This document shows, piece by piece, positions 42,301 through 61,692 of a DNA stretch of 64,000 bases. This DNA comes from Octopus vulgaris (taxonomy: Eukaryota): contig OX597827.1 of assembly GCA_951406725.2 (NCBI GenBank), forward strand, positions 41,726,001 to 41,790,000. Reading direction: 5' to 3'. A model generated the notes under the pieces. It was not told the DNA's origin and ran no database searches. It worked only from the letters and a program-made list of their open reading frames with translations. Positions within the stretch are counted from its first letter, which is position 1; each line of letters opens with the position of its first letter. Both the position numbers and the translations under genes were made by a program.

Positions 42301-42708
42301 GTATATATATGTATGTATAAATATATATATACTATACGTACACAGATACACACACATGCATATATATATATATATATATATACGTATATATATACACGCA
42401 TGCATAAATAGATATACTCATAAGTTCATACATAGAATACGTACAAAACGTAAGCACACATATTTAAGTGGATCACTACACTTCCTGTCCATATACTCTA
42501 TAAACAGCGCATCTCGTGTTTCTGCGAAGAACTTATCTATAGGCCATTCAATTATTGTTGAAGACATCAATACAACTGGACACAACGATTGACCTTAACT
42601 TCAGTCTCTTGTCTGATGTCCGTTTGTTTATGTCGGGTGCATCTATGCTTGTATGTTTAACATTCAAAATAATGCAAGGCCCCCTCTTAACTAATTTTCT
42701 ATTTGCAG

Positions 42709-42753
42709 ATTTCCAAAGAAGGTTGAGTGCTGGTTCTCGGTCTGTGTGTGTAT
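42709..42753 (+). other. Candidate 45-nt exon of an unidentified host gene
   Basis: ctaattttctatttgcag| acceptor and |gtaagt donor; frame-preserving length; reads (D)FQRRLSAGSRSVCV. No homology evidence. Confidence 0.2.
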
Positions 42754-42937
42754 GTAAGTAAGCATGTAGGCACTGTGTGTGTATAAGTGTGTGTATGCGG
42801 CTCTATATATGCACGTATGTATGTATGTGTGTATGTGCATATACTGTATATTCACACATCTCTCTCTATATATATCTGTATATATCTACCTATGTATACA
42901 CGCGTGCGCACACACACAAACACACACATATATAGAT

Positions 42938-42968
<31 letters not shown>

Positions 42969-43190
42969 ACACACAACACACACACACAACACACAATACA
43001 CACACACAACACACACAACACACACACAACACACACACTCGTATATATACTGGTGTGTGCGTGTATGTGCGAGTTCTTGTATGTATGTATTTACTTGAAC
43101 CCCCCCACATATATATATATATTTGTATGCACACGCACACATTCATCCGCATATGCATACACACACGTGCACACACACATATATGTATAT

Positions 43191-43253
<63 letters not shown>

Positions 43254-43795
43254 CGCGAAGCATTGTTTAAGCATAGGCGAACTCTAGGTTAGGTAAAATG
43301 TGTTTGTGACATATTTAAACTTCTTTAAGCAAATTTACTGCATTTACCGTGGAGAAAAAGTATTTCTTATGGTAAAAATGTGCAAAACACCATTTTGGGT
43401 CGCATTTCTAGCTCTTTAGGCCGTTATCAATTGGAAATACCAAAGATAGGCAACTCTGCACAAACATAATTACACATGTAGCTTTAACTAAAACACTGTC
43501 AACGACATTGACAAAATCTTACCACTGAACCGCCAGGTCGGAAAGATTAAAGCAGTATCAGCGACGAACAGTGTTTAGGTATACACCAATCTAAGGTTAG
43601 TTAACATATTTTCGTCACATATTTAAACTTCTAAAGGCAAATTCACTGCTGTTATTGTGTTTTTGTGTCCTACCTAAATTTAAACTCACCTGATGAAAAC
43701 GGATTTTTTTCAGAATGTAATCGTAGTAATCGATAAAAAAATTGCAGCTGAAACAACTCTTCTGAATCTATAAAATCCATTCGTGCCCTTATTCT

Positions 43796-43955
<160 letters not shown>

Positions 43956-44072
43956 CATACATACATACATACATACATACATACATACATACAAAATCGA
44001 TCCATTCACCAATAAAAGAATGACGCAGCTGAAACACCTGTTGTGCATCTATAAAATCCATTCGAGTCCTTA

Positions 44073-44143
<71 letters not shown>

Positions 44144-44192
44144 AATACATGCATGCATAAACACACACATATATATATATCTATCTATATAT

Positions 44193-44251
<59 letters not shown>

Positions 44252-44448
44252 CATACACATAGATATATCTTTTTCTACTCTAGGCACAAGGCTCGAAATT
44301 TTGGGGGATGGGGACAGTCGATTAACTCGACCTCAGTATGCAACTAGCACTTAAGTTATGAACCCCGAAAGGATGAAAGGGCTCGGCGGAATTTGAACTT
44401 AGAACGTAAAGACAGACGAAATACCGCTAACGTTTCTGCCAGCTCGCC

Positions 44449-44491
<43 letters not shown>

Positions 44492-44524
44492 TGTATGTAT
44501 ATGTGTATATATATATATATACAC

Positions 44525-44759
44525 ACTCTTTAGTCTCTCTTTTACTCTTTTACTTGTTTCAGTCATTTTGACTGCGACCATGCTGGAGTACCGCCTTTAG
44601 TCGAGCAAATCGACCCCAGGACTTATTCTTTGTAAGCTTAGTACTTATTTTATCGTCACTTTTGCCGAACCGCTAAGTTACAGGGATGTAAACACACCAG
44701 CATCGGTTGTCAACCGATGTTGGGGACACACACACACTAGCATATACACACACATGTAT

Positions 44760-44827
<68 letters not shown>

Positions 44828-44950
44828 GACAGGCTTCTTTCAGTTTTCCTCTACCAAATCTACTCACAAGTCTTTGGTCGGCCCGAGGCTATAGTAGAAG
44901 ACACTTGCCCAAGGTGCCACGCAGTGGGACTGAACCCGGAACCATATAGT
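44525..44950 (-). mobile_element. SINE family B
   Basis: Reverse complement of 5140-5545. Confidence 0.87.
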
Positions 44951-46428
44951 TGGTTAGCATGGTTGGTAAGCATATATAACCATGTAGTTGGTAAGCATGG
45001 TTGGTAAGCATATATATCAAGACGGTAACGAGTGATTTGTGGAGCTTTGGAAGAATTTTCTTGCGGGTTGAATGACAACATAGAGGCTTGTTCGTTGGAT
45101 CCTAAAGATCCTAAATTCATTTTAGACAGAATCTGTGTGGCATTCAGAAAGTGGAACATTCGTGCCGTTGCCCGATCTGTTTGATGTAGCAGCGAAATCT
45201 AACGTAAGTTTAAAGTTGCATTACCTTCGACAATAAGTTTGTTTTCTTATTGTTGACTTGATGCTACAAAGATTTTGGAGTTATGACAGCCGCAAAGAAC
45301 ACTAGTGGAACATTGCATTATAAAACATATATTTGGTGCAAGAACAATAGGCTTGATTTTGTGTACTCAATCAAGTAATTCAGGTTATTTCAGACACTAT
45401 ACGTGGCCTTAAAAAATTCAGTTGTATTTCAAGGAAAAAATGTCTTCAACAAATTGCGTTATACAACGTTGATATAACTCCAAATGGTGAAAGTAAATAA
45501 CCCTAAATTTTAATATCTGTAAAGTATTTTTATAGTTCAGTGTGAGAAATTTTTCATAGGGTCCCTTGAGTCTGATGAGAGAAGGGAGGAAGTTCTTGAT
45601 ATTCTCGGACCTGATACTCAGTGTAAATACTTTTTTATCTACTCTTTAGCCAGGAAGGAAGGTAGTGGGCCTCCAAGACTGGTGGGAATGACGGAGGAAG
45701 GTAACCTTAAACCAGAAACTTGGCCCAAATTCTGGCAATTGGGCAGTCTTTGTTGAAGACTGTAACGTTAAATGTGTTAGGCTGTAACTTTAAAATAAGC
45801 GATGGGTTAAGTCTATCGTAGTAAGCCATGGAGCAGGATTCGATCTCAGAATACAAAGAACCGAAACAGATTCAATGTTCTTACGTTCCCGCCAACACAC
45901 TGCTTCGGATTAGTACTTTTTTTATTGACCCCAAAGACGAAAGGAAAAGTTGAACCCTGCGCTATTTGAACGCTGGTCGCTGAGATTTTGAACAAATACA
46001 GCGAAGCATCCTTTTAGATGTCTAATGACTTTGCTGGGGCTCTGTTAAAGGTACACAAGGAGGTGGAATTAGTAGTGGTAAACCGAAGAATTGGTTAAAT
46101 CTCCAACACAGAAGGGATACGCGATATTTGTAAAGATTTCGTTAAGTTTTTTGTCTACGCAGATACTGTGTAGTGGGAACGATCCGGAACCAAATGGTTG
46201 TCAAGACAACTGACTTAGCCATATAACACAAAAATGTCATACCCCCCGCCAGAAATGAATGATTAATATTCGGATGTCACAAAAAACAAGCAAAAAAAAA
46301 ATCATTTCCCAATCATAATTGATACAGTATTATCAATGTTCATCTTATCACGAAATATCAGTAACATATCCCTGGTAGATAAAACGACTAATTATATTGA
46401 TCAATGTAAATAAACGATATTCACTATC

Positions 46429-46492
<64 letters not shown>

Positions 46493-46538
46493 TAATGATG
46501 ATAATGATGATGACGACTACGACGACGACGACGACGAC

Positions 46539-46580
<42 letters not shown>

Positions 46581-46616
46581 AATGATGATGATGATGATGA
46601 TGATGACGATGATGAA

Positions 46617-46730
46617 AATATAGGCGCAGCTAGGATACTGAGGAGGGTTCTTGGCATCTAAGGTTACCTGTTGCAGCCTGATGTTTGGAATTTTTCTTTT
46701 CCAGCAGTTTAATCTATTGTGTGCAAATGA

Positions 46731-46731
<1 letters not shown>
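46617..46731 (+). mobile_element. R4/Dong-like 3' end in an (AAT)/(GAT) array
   Basis: IGAARILRRVLGI* (stop 46659-61), a short UTR, then (AAT)n. Confidence 0.65.
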
Positions 46732-46828
<97 letters not shown>

Positions 46829-46854
46829 TAATAATAATAATGATAATAATAATA

Positions 46855-46888
<34 letters not shown>

Positions 46889-47009
46889 CGACACAACAAC
46901 AACAACAACAACAACAATAATGATAATAATAATAATAATGAGGATTATTATTATTTTTATTATTATTTCAAATGACAATAGAAATGACGGTAATCATAAT
47001 TACAGTAAA

Positions 47010-48590
<1,581 letters not shown>

Positions 48591-48610
48591 AATAATGCAA
48601 ACACGCACAC

Positions 48611-48643
<33 letters not shown>

Positions 48644-49333
48644 TGTATGTATGTATGTATGTATGTATGTATGTATGTATGTATGTATGTATATATATGT
48701 ATATATATGTATTATTTGGTATTATTTATATATATGCATCTGTATATCTGTCAGTACGTATGCGTGTCTATATCTGTATATGCCTGTCTGTATGCATATA
48801 AGCACACATAATAATAATCTACCTTGCTGCTAGCAATGTAGGTAGGAATACTTTTATTATACATACATACATTCATACATACATACATACATACATACAT
48901 ACATACATACATACATACATACATACATACATACATACATACACACATACATACATACATGCATACATACATACATACATACATACATACACATACATAC
49001 ATACATACTTTCATGCATACATAATACATACATACATGCATACATAATATTCATTCTACTACATCTATAAAAAATACATATATGTGTGGTAAACATATTC
49101 ATTTGTGCATATGATGAATAATTCCGATGGATCCCCGTCACATTCGACGCTGAATGTTCCGTAGATCGTAAGGAGCTGAACAAACTACTCATTTGAATTT
49201 CTATGTAAGTTAGTAAATATTCTATAGAGAGCAACAATCTGAATAATAGGAGAGAAGGTTATGTACGTATATAAATGTATGCACCAGGTACGAATAGATG
49301 TGTTAACACACACATGTATATTGAAACTCATGC

Positions 49334-49409
<76 letters not shown>

Positions 49410-49569
49410 GTCTATCTATCTGTCAGCCAGAACTATGATTCAAAGCTTGACAAGTCTGATCCTTTTAATTGAGCTATATTCCATACAATGGACTTACGCA
49501 CAGTTTCTTTTAGCTGAGTTTCAACCACAAATCTTAGTTCGATCCGAGACTATGGTAAAAGACGCCACT

Positions 49570-50050
49570 CCATTTTGATAAAGATTTCCCTCGCAGTTAT
49601 GAGGACTCGGTTTGTGTGAATGATCGTTGCTGGCCTTTCCTTTCGAAACTCTTCTTCCTCATGATTAGACTGCGGAGGTCTAGAAAAGTTGATGATCAAT
49701 ATAAGAACTTTACTGTCTTAAACACAGTGCTTGCGTTTGATGCAAAAATATTATATTTAGACACAAGAGACTCCCATTTTTCGAAATTTGCATCTCTGTT
49801 ATCTAAGAAAGATGTAATCTTAACAAATATATCTCAAGCCAATTGCTATATTGTTGTGGAGTGAACTGATACCCCAGCGCGTGACTGTCAGTGGACTGGA
49901 CGAATCTTCATGAGCCAGTAAACACTTGAAGTCGAACTCTGAGAGTATTAGTCTCGTTATTGATTCTGCGTTGGAGTATTAGATTGTAATTGCGCGAACG
50001 GTTATAACAAGATAACCAACTCCTGTTATATTGCTAATTGTTATACGGTC
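49570..50050 (-). mobile_element. Possible degraded LINE AP-endonuclease remnant
   Basis: Minus-strand GVGYLV (~50015) and a VHSP/T-like remnant (~49860); no open frame. Confidence 0.3.
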
Positions 50051-50329
50051 ATATTTCGTACCGTGACATATGGTTACACACACAGCACGCATCATATATC
50101 ATAATATATAAAAAGGAGAGCAAACTTAATCTAGCAATGCCAAATATTTGGTACACATGAAATGTTCTGATGAGAAGCCATATTTGTTATGTTAGAACGC
50201 AACCTTATGTATGCATCTGTATGCATATTTACATATGTAGGACGCTTTAGCGCCGTTCACATAACTAGATACAGATTCTGAAAGAGCTGCATACAAATGG
50301 AATCCAGACACGGTTTTTCATTCTCCTTT

Positions 50330-50491
50330 TTTTATTTGCCTTTCTCCATTCTTTCCTTATTCTTTTCTATAGAGAAGCATAAGCTCGAAACGTCAAAGGC
50401 TCGTCCATCATTCCTGACCGTCAATCTAATACACCTTGTTTGTTGTTCCCTCAAACGTCTCTGTCTTTTGTTTCTTGTACTATTTTAGACC

Positions 50492-50492
<1 letters not shown>
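50330..50492 (+). mobile_element. Diverged family E copy
   Basis: cttttctatagagaagcataagctcgaaacgtcaaag...ctaatacacc...tgtttgttgtt. Confidence 0.55.
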
Positions 50493-50576
<84 letters not shown>

Positions 50577-50643
50577 CACATATATATATATACATATATA
50601 TGTATGTGTGTGTGTGTAACTATATATATATCAAAATGTATAT

Positions 50644-50812
50644 AGGCGCAGAAGTGGCCTATATGTGGTAAGTAGCTTGCTTACCAACCACATGGTTCTG
50701 GGTTCAGTCCCACTGCGTGGCACCTTGGGCAAGCGTCTTCTGCTATAGGCTCGGACCGACCAAAGAATTGTGAGTGGATTTGGTAGACGGAAACTGAAAA
50801 GAAGCTCGTCGT
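50644..50812 (+). mobile_element. SINE family B 5' half (similar halves at 9745-9880 -, 11080-11220, 17320-17404, 38830-38975)
   Basis: ggcgcag.agtggc...gtggtaagtagcttgcttaccaaccacatgg...ggaaactgaaa. Confidence 0.85.
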
Positions 50813-51532
50813 GTATATACTTTTAATTATGAATATGAAAATTGTCTATGAAGAATGAAAGTAATATTGGTTGCGAATTTTGGCACAAGGCCTGAAATTT
50901 CGGTTGAGTGGGTAAGTCAATTCCATCGATGACATAATTCAACGGCACTTAGTTTATCAATCTTTAAAGAACGGAAAGCAAAGTCGACCTCGCTGAAATC
51001 TGAATTCAGAACGTAAAGACGTACAACATGCCGCTAATCATTTTATGCGATGTGCTAACGATTCTACTAGCTCACTGCCTTGGATGAAAATATTATTAAA
51101 CTTTATTTGCCTATCAGCTATTTGTAGTTAGCGGATGACAACAAAAGTATATCAGTGATGTGCCACCATGGTTTTACATCCTACATAGCTATTCTCTTGA
51201 CTAAAATTTAAACAATTTTACAGTTGATCTGACTGACGATAAAGCTGAAGGGCGAACTCATACAATGTAGTTTCATACATAATTTCTAATATGCTATGAA
51301 TAGAGTGTAATTATATGCACAGAATCACACATTTTCTCATACAAAACCACTTCCGAATGTCTTTCAGTGAGTGAAAGATGAAGCATATTAAATGTCTTTT
51401 TTCTTTCTACAAAATAAACTTGTAATATAATGGTGCTTCTTACATGGGAGTACGTCTTATACACAGGCAAAAAACAAGGTACATACATATGTATGTATCT
51501 ATGTGTATGTATATATATATATATATGTATAC

Positions 51533-52735
<1,203 letters not shown>

Positions 52736-52770
52736 CACACATACATATATATATATATGTGTGTGAGTTT

Positions 52771-52997
52771 GTGGAGGCGCAATGGTTAGGGCAGCGGACT
52801 CGCGGTCATAGGATCGCGGTTTCGATTCCCAGACCGTGCGTTCTGAGTGTCTATTGAGCGAAAACACCTAAAGCTCCACGAAGCTCTGGCAGCGCGTGGT
52901 GGTGATCCCTGCTGTACTCTTTCGCCCTTTTTCTCACTCTTTCTTCTGTTGGCCGCTCGCTTAGCCAGCGGGTTGGCGTCATTTGAAGGCTAAAATA
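52771..52997 (+). mobile_element. SINE family C variant with another tail
   Basis: tggaggcgcaatggttagggcagcggactc...gagcgaaaacacctaaagctccacg. Confidence 0.8.
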
Positions 52998-53370
52998 ATC
53001 TCCCGATGTATCCCTCTATCTTTCGCTCTTTGCTCAATCTCTAACTTCTTCGTTCTGATGATGTCTACCACTGGCAACGAGGCAAAAATATAAACATATA
53101 TTTTCCTCAGCATGGTACACAGAAACGATCGTAAACTCACTTTTACTCTCACCTTTCTTAAATAATTAAATAATGGCTTCCTAGCGCAAACGACACAATT
53201 CTTATGGTTATTCTTCCTCCAATTTCTTATCGTCTATATAAATTAAGCTACGGTTTACCTGTTAAATTACCTGCTGCCGTATGCCTTATACCAAGGAATA
53301 TAATTGCTGAAGTAATTACCAGGAGTGCCTTTGGATACATCTGTCCCTAAGAGGGTTCAAACACCTCTTA

Positions 53371-53973
<603 letters not shown>

Positions 53974-54245
53974 GTACATACATACATACATACATGTATA
54001 TTTATATATATATGTGTGTGTGTATTTAAGTGCACTTATATATATGGAAAGTATAAGAGGAATAATGAGAAAAAATAGCATTCAGGTATGATAAAAATAG
54101 CCCTGTCACAATTACAACAGCGACAATGAAACTAAGAATAATTTCAAAATGAAAATTACAAATTGAAAATATTTTGAAGAAATAATTTTCAGAATATGTT
54201 GTGTATGCATGTATATGTAGATATACATACATACATACATAATAC

Positions 54246-54301
<56 letters not shown>

Positions 54302-54366
54302 TTACATACATACATACACGCATATATATATATAAACTTACATACATACACACATACACACACACG

Positions 54367-54398
<32 letters not shown>

Positions 54399-54751
54399 CA
54401 TACATATATACAACATTGATATGCATACACACACACGTACATATATGCATGTATGTGTGTGTGCACGTGCCTGTATCTATGTGTATGTATTTGTGTATTC
54501 ATATACATACATATACATACACGCATGCACATTCACGCAAACACATATGTAGAAAAAAAACTAACAAAACAAAACAAAAGAGAACCGAATTTGGACAAAC
54601 GATGAGAAAGAGGGAAAAGAATTACAAACTTTTAATTATGATAATCACAACAAGAATAAAAATAGTAAAAAATAATATTGGTGCAGTTGTAGAAATTGTT
54701 GTCGTAATTGGAAAAAACCCGAAATATTGTTAATAAAAAGGATGCTGCTGT

Positions 54752-56240
<1,489 letters not shown>

Positions 56241-56579
56241 GTGCTGTAACAACAATCAAATCAATAATAAAACTATTAACGTTGTTGTAAGATGGAGGGA
56301 AGAAAAAAAGTCGTTCCAAAAATATTAGAAAAGGAAACATCTAAATAATTAAAAGAATGACAAAAACGAAATAAACTGAAGAAAATTATGTTATTTATAA
56401 AAGCGGAAAAAGATATAACTATGTTTTGTGTGTTTTGATGAGAAATATAGGTAGGTCTTTGTGTATGTGTTCGTCTCTGTATGTGTGTGTGTGTGTGTGT
56501 GTCTCTGTGTGTGTAAGTATGGTTGTGTGCGTGTGCGTGTGTGCTTGTGTGTATATACATATGTATATGGGTGTTTGCA

Positions 56580-56617
<38 letters not shown>

Positions 56618-56625
56618 TATATATT

Positions 56626-56660
<35 letters not shown>

Positions 56661-56886
56661 ATGTGTGTGTATGTTTGTGTGTGGCTGTGCGTGTGATTCT
56701 ATAAATACATATACACACATATATAAACGAATATATGTATACACACATATGTACATATATATATAATATGCATATATATGCATATATGTTATGTATCATA
56801 AACTTGCAAACATCAAATTATGTTTATATATATATTTATATATATATGTATATGCATGAAAGTATGTATGTATGTATGTATGTATG

Positions 56887-56939
<53 letters not shown>

Positions 56940-57549
56940 ATACATACACAAACACACACAGACACACACACTCACTTGTATATGAATAGGTGTTAGTATG
57001 TGCATGTACCTGATCTTGAACGTACGCATGTGTATGTGTGTATGTGTACGTACCAATGTGTGTGTGTGTGTGTAAGCTTGTGTGTATATGTGGATGTGTA
57101 TTCCAGTTAGTTCCTTTAATGAAAAGAAAAAAAAATCATTTATCTGAAATTATAATAAAAGTAAATATATTTTCTCATTCAGTTTAGAGAAAAAAAACAC
57201 CCACCAAAAACGAAAACAACATTTGCAACAACAACAACATAAACTTCATGATCAACAACCGCAAGAAGAAAAAGAAAAAGAAGAAGAAGAAGAAGAAGAA
57301 GAAGAAGAAGAAGAAGAAGAAGAAGAAGAAGAAGAACAACAACAACAACAACAACAACAACAACTGCAACCACACTGTTTCTTCTTCGTCAATAACAACG
57401 ACAACAACAACGAAATCATAAAGGACAATAACAGTTAAATTACTGTAAGGAATAACGGGGAGTGTGAGAGAGACAGGGTGAAGAGAATGCGTGAGACACA
57501 GGGGAGTGATGGAGTATGAGTGTGTTTCTGTGTGTGCATGCGTGTGTGA

Positions 57550-57617
<68 letters not shown>

Positions 57618-57748
57618 GATGTGGGAGTGTGTCAAAGGAGGAAAGAAAGAAATAGATAAATCCCAAATCGCGAAAGTAATGTAAAATTTATCTTTTCTAT
57701 TTATGATGACATATTACTCTATATTTTTTAAACCACATACACACATCA

Positions 57749-57801
<53 letters not shown>

Positions 57802-58595
57802 TATACATGTATACATATATATGTATACACTCACATACATATGTATATGCATACAGACATTTATTCATATATGCAACATATCTATCTATGTAGCTATCTA
57901 TCTAACCATCTACCTATCTTTCTATCTATCTGTCTGTCTGCCCGTCTGTCTCTTGATCTATCTCTACATAACTAGCTAACTATCGGTTTATACACAGAGG
58001 TACACACCTCCTGCCCACCCCCGTACACACACAGGCACATACAATATTTCGATGCACACTCTGATGTTTAACAAGATGAACAATATTGTGTCAGTCACGT
58101 CCGCACCGTCTGCCAACAACACTGTTTACAATTCTAACAATAACATCACCCCCAAAGATTTCACTTGTATCAAACACAAACGGAACGAAAACACGCTGGA
58201 TGACATTAAGTGAGAAACGATATAAACAACATGGACGACAACATCGGCGAAGAAGCAAAATGGCGGACGACGAAGTTGCTGAGGATAACAGAAGTAGAAA
58301 ACAAGACACGAGTAGTAGTAGTAGTAGTATTAGTAGTAGTAGTAGTAGTGGTAGTATGTGTGTATGTATGTGTACGTGCCCATGTGTTTGTGTATTTGTG
58401 TGTGCGTGTGTGTGTGTAAGCTTGTGTACATATGTGAATGTGTATTCCAGTTAGTTCCTTTAATGGTGGTGGCGTGTTGGTGGTGGTACTAGTGGTTGTG
58501 GTTGTAACAGTGGTAGTAGTCGTAGTGGTGGTTGTGGTGTTTGTAGTAGTAGCAATTGTAGTATTAGTACTAGTAGTAGTCGTTGAAATAGTAAC

Positions 58596-58925
58596 CTCTC
58601 CTCTCCTCTCGCCCTTTTCAAGCCTAGCCGGGCTCATGGCTCATGGGCCCGGTTTCCCGGTTTCTGTGGCGTATGTGTTCCCCCCAGCTGGGCGGGACGC
58701 CAGTCCATCGCAGCGTTACTCAAGAAACAGGAAGAGAGAGAGAGAGAGAGAAAATTGTGGCGAAAGAGTACAATAGGGGTCGCCACCACCCCCTGCCGGA
58801 GCCTCGTGGAGCTTTAGGTGTTTTCGCTCAATAAACACACACAACGCCCGGTCTGGGAATCGAAACCGCGATCCTCCGATCACGAGTCCGCTGCCCTAAT
58901 CACTGGGCCATTGCGCCTCCACTGC
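58596..58925 (-). mobile_element. SINE family C, full length with TSD
   Basis: Reverse complement of the 3875-4190 element; 9-bp TSD AATAGTAAC (58587-95, 58926-34). Confidence 0.9.
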
Positions 58926-59159
58926 AATAGTAACAGTGCGGCTTAATACGTTGCTTGGCTTAGCAGCATGATTTGACGTTTGTATACCTCTGCAGAAGAA
59001 CGTGGGAGAAGACGCACAGACGCAATAGAAATAAGTCGTGTGCATTGCCCTACTTCCCCTGAGCCGTCCATAGTCACAATTATTTTCGCTATTGTCGTTG
59101 TCATAATTCTGTTTTTGAAACGACGAATCTCTAAGCAGATAAAGCGTTAAATATTAGTT

Positions 59160-59497
59160 ACAAATTTTGGGCAAAGCCTGTAAGTTTTAGAGAACAGGGA
59201 TAAGTTGGTCCCAGTGCTAAACCCCGAAAGGATGAAAGGCGAAGTCGACCCCGGCTTAATTTGAATGTAAAGACGGACGAAATACCACTAAGTATTTTGT
59301 CCAGCGTGCTAACAATTCTGCCAGCTATATTTACAAATGCTTAAATATTCTTTTCTACTCTAGGTACAAGGACCGAACCCCGAAAGGATGAAAGACAAAG
59401 TTGACCTCGGCGGAATTTGAACTCAGAACGTAGAGACAGACGAAATACCGCTAAGCATTTCGTCCGGCTTACTAACGTTTCTGCCAGCTCGCCGCCT
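59160..59497 (-). mobile_element. Two tandem family A SINEs
   Basis: aaccccgaaaggatgaaag...gacgaaatacc.ctaag...ttctgccagct occurs twice. Confidence 0.85.
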
Positions 59498-60051
59498 TCT
59501 AACGTTTAAATATTGAGTTGAAAAAGCTTTTTGGGTAGAAAATGTCGAAGGCTGCCCATTGTACTCGAACCCACATCTGTAAACACGAAAGACGTTCTGT
59601 TCAACTAAATTAATCATTCGGGAATTTCAACCGTGTTTCGTGGTCTGCTACCACAAAAGCTCCTTTATAGGATCCAGTTAGCTCAAGACATCATCAGGAG
59701 TAACCACGTCCGGTTTCGGCCCCTACTCCTCTACGGTTTTGACGTGGCGCCCCCCCCCTTCAGAGGTGTCTTTAGCTCTGGTGTTGGGTGCATGTCTTCT
59801 TTCTTCTTCTTTCTTCTGTTTCCTGGCCTCTTCAATGTAGCATCAACGATGTCAGCGGGCGACTGACTGTCTTGTCAATTTTTTTCGTTTAAATACCTGC
59901 TGCTAGGCTCCAGCAGGCAGCCCCAGCAAGTTGTCACGTGACACTGTCTCAACTTTAACTGACCAATGAAGACGCGTAGTCTCAGCCCACGCGTTCTCTG
60001 AACGATACCGTCATCTGTCAATCAGCGAAGCTAAGTCAGTGTCAGCTTGTC

Positions 60052-60290
60052 TCACCTAGTGATGTTATTTTCCGCCGGCATATTATGACTGTCAAGACAT
60101 TTTTGGTCTTCCCGCTTCAGCCATATATAGAAGCTGGCTTTTTCGACCGCCTCCTGTACTCTCCTTATTAGTTTTCTCAAGTCAGAGCTAGAAAAAACAA
60201 ATCTTCTTTTGAATTGCGTTGTCATATTTCTTTCAATAAAGCCCCTAGCCCCCACTGCCAGGTGGTAATACTCGACATTCCATCACTGTT
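60052..60290 (-). mobile_element. RLE-type (HERO-like) non-LTR retrotransposon ORF C-terminus
   Basis: WNVEYYHLAVGARGFIE...EAVEKASFYIWLKRE resembles the EVG.RGF ... AE.AS.W.W.KR terminus of HERO-clade elements. Confidence 0.7.
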
Positions 60291-61043
60291 CTCTGGTAAG
60301 AGATCATGCTGGTAAGAACCAGCGAGATACGTATGTTGTTGGCGTTACAAGAATGAAGAAACTTCGAAAGAACATGAAATAACTATTATTTTAGAATTAG
60401 TTTTGTTGTTCTATTAATCATACTTGGATAAATGCATCGTGATTTCTTCATTTCCCGCATAAATTGAAAAAAACAAAAGTGCTTATCATGAATGTTGAAG
60501 CAATAATTGCATATACAACCAAATCTGTCAAACGTAATACGGTGAGTTGAAAAATTTTGATTAACTGATTCTATCTGCACAGTAAGATAAAGATGAGCCA
60601 TGCAATAAATTGACAAAAAAATTGCTTGTAGATTTTAATCATATCCTTTTGAGGGCGTTGAAAATTTAAAAATCGATAAGGGAGATAATTTTAATATAAT
60701 TATTAAACTGAAGAGCGCAGTATGTTTATTGTCACGTTCTTTGCATTTGCTTTTATATAGACTATCAACGTTTTTGCTGACGTAACTATGTTTGCCTACC
60801 TGCCTGCCTATCTACATACCTACCTACCTACCTACTTATCTACCTACCTACTTACGTACGTACGTACGTACAAACCTAGCTTCCTACATACGTACATACA
60901 TTCAAAAATACCCTGTGGATGTTGAAATTCCAATGAAGGAGCCTTGGATCTAGGATAGAAACCGACTCTTTCTTTATTGGCAGGACATTTTGAAATAAAA
61001 CTGAATGACATACACACACACATATATGTGTGCATATATACAT

Positions 61044-61098
<55 letters not shown>

Positions 61099-61692
61099 CA
61101 CACACACTTACGTGAATTCATACATATATATATGTATATATACATACATACACACACACTTACATGAATTCATACATATATATATATACAAACCTGCATA
61201 CATTCTTACATGCATACATGCGTACATACATTCTTGCATGCATACATACATTCATACATATATACATACATACATACATACATATATACATACGTACACG
61301 CGTACATATGTATTTACATATATCTTTTATTTTAAACCTTTACTTGCTTCAGTTACGCCATTTTAGATAGAGTCATGGACAGGGTATTCAATCTGCCACC
61401 GGTTCGGTTCAAGTACCTGATGTTGATAAGCCAAAAAAATGGCGAAACATAGAATTTGGGGTGAGTCATCTCGCTTGTCTATGTGAATGACTTTCGGTTG
61501 TTTTAACAGCCGGCGCTATGAGAAGGTCACCTCCACTAAGTCGAATTGCGGCCAGTCGGTGAACTATCAAAATACATACATCATTGTGTATGTGTGTTCC
61601 ATAATATATATATATATATATATATAAGAAAAGTATGAAAATAGAGATAAATCAATTAATAATTATTTATCAATTACAAAAATAGATATAAT

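Noticed and set aside
60905-61010. ccaatga...hairpin...gaaaccg motif (degenerate relative at ~19960-20040)
   Set aside because: Lacks the CUGA core; probably a small repeat but not supportable as a ribozyme.
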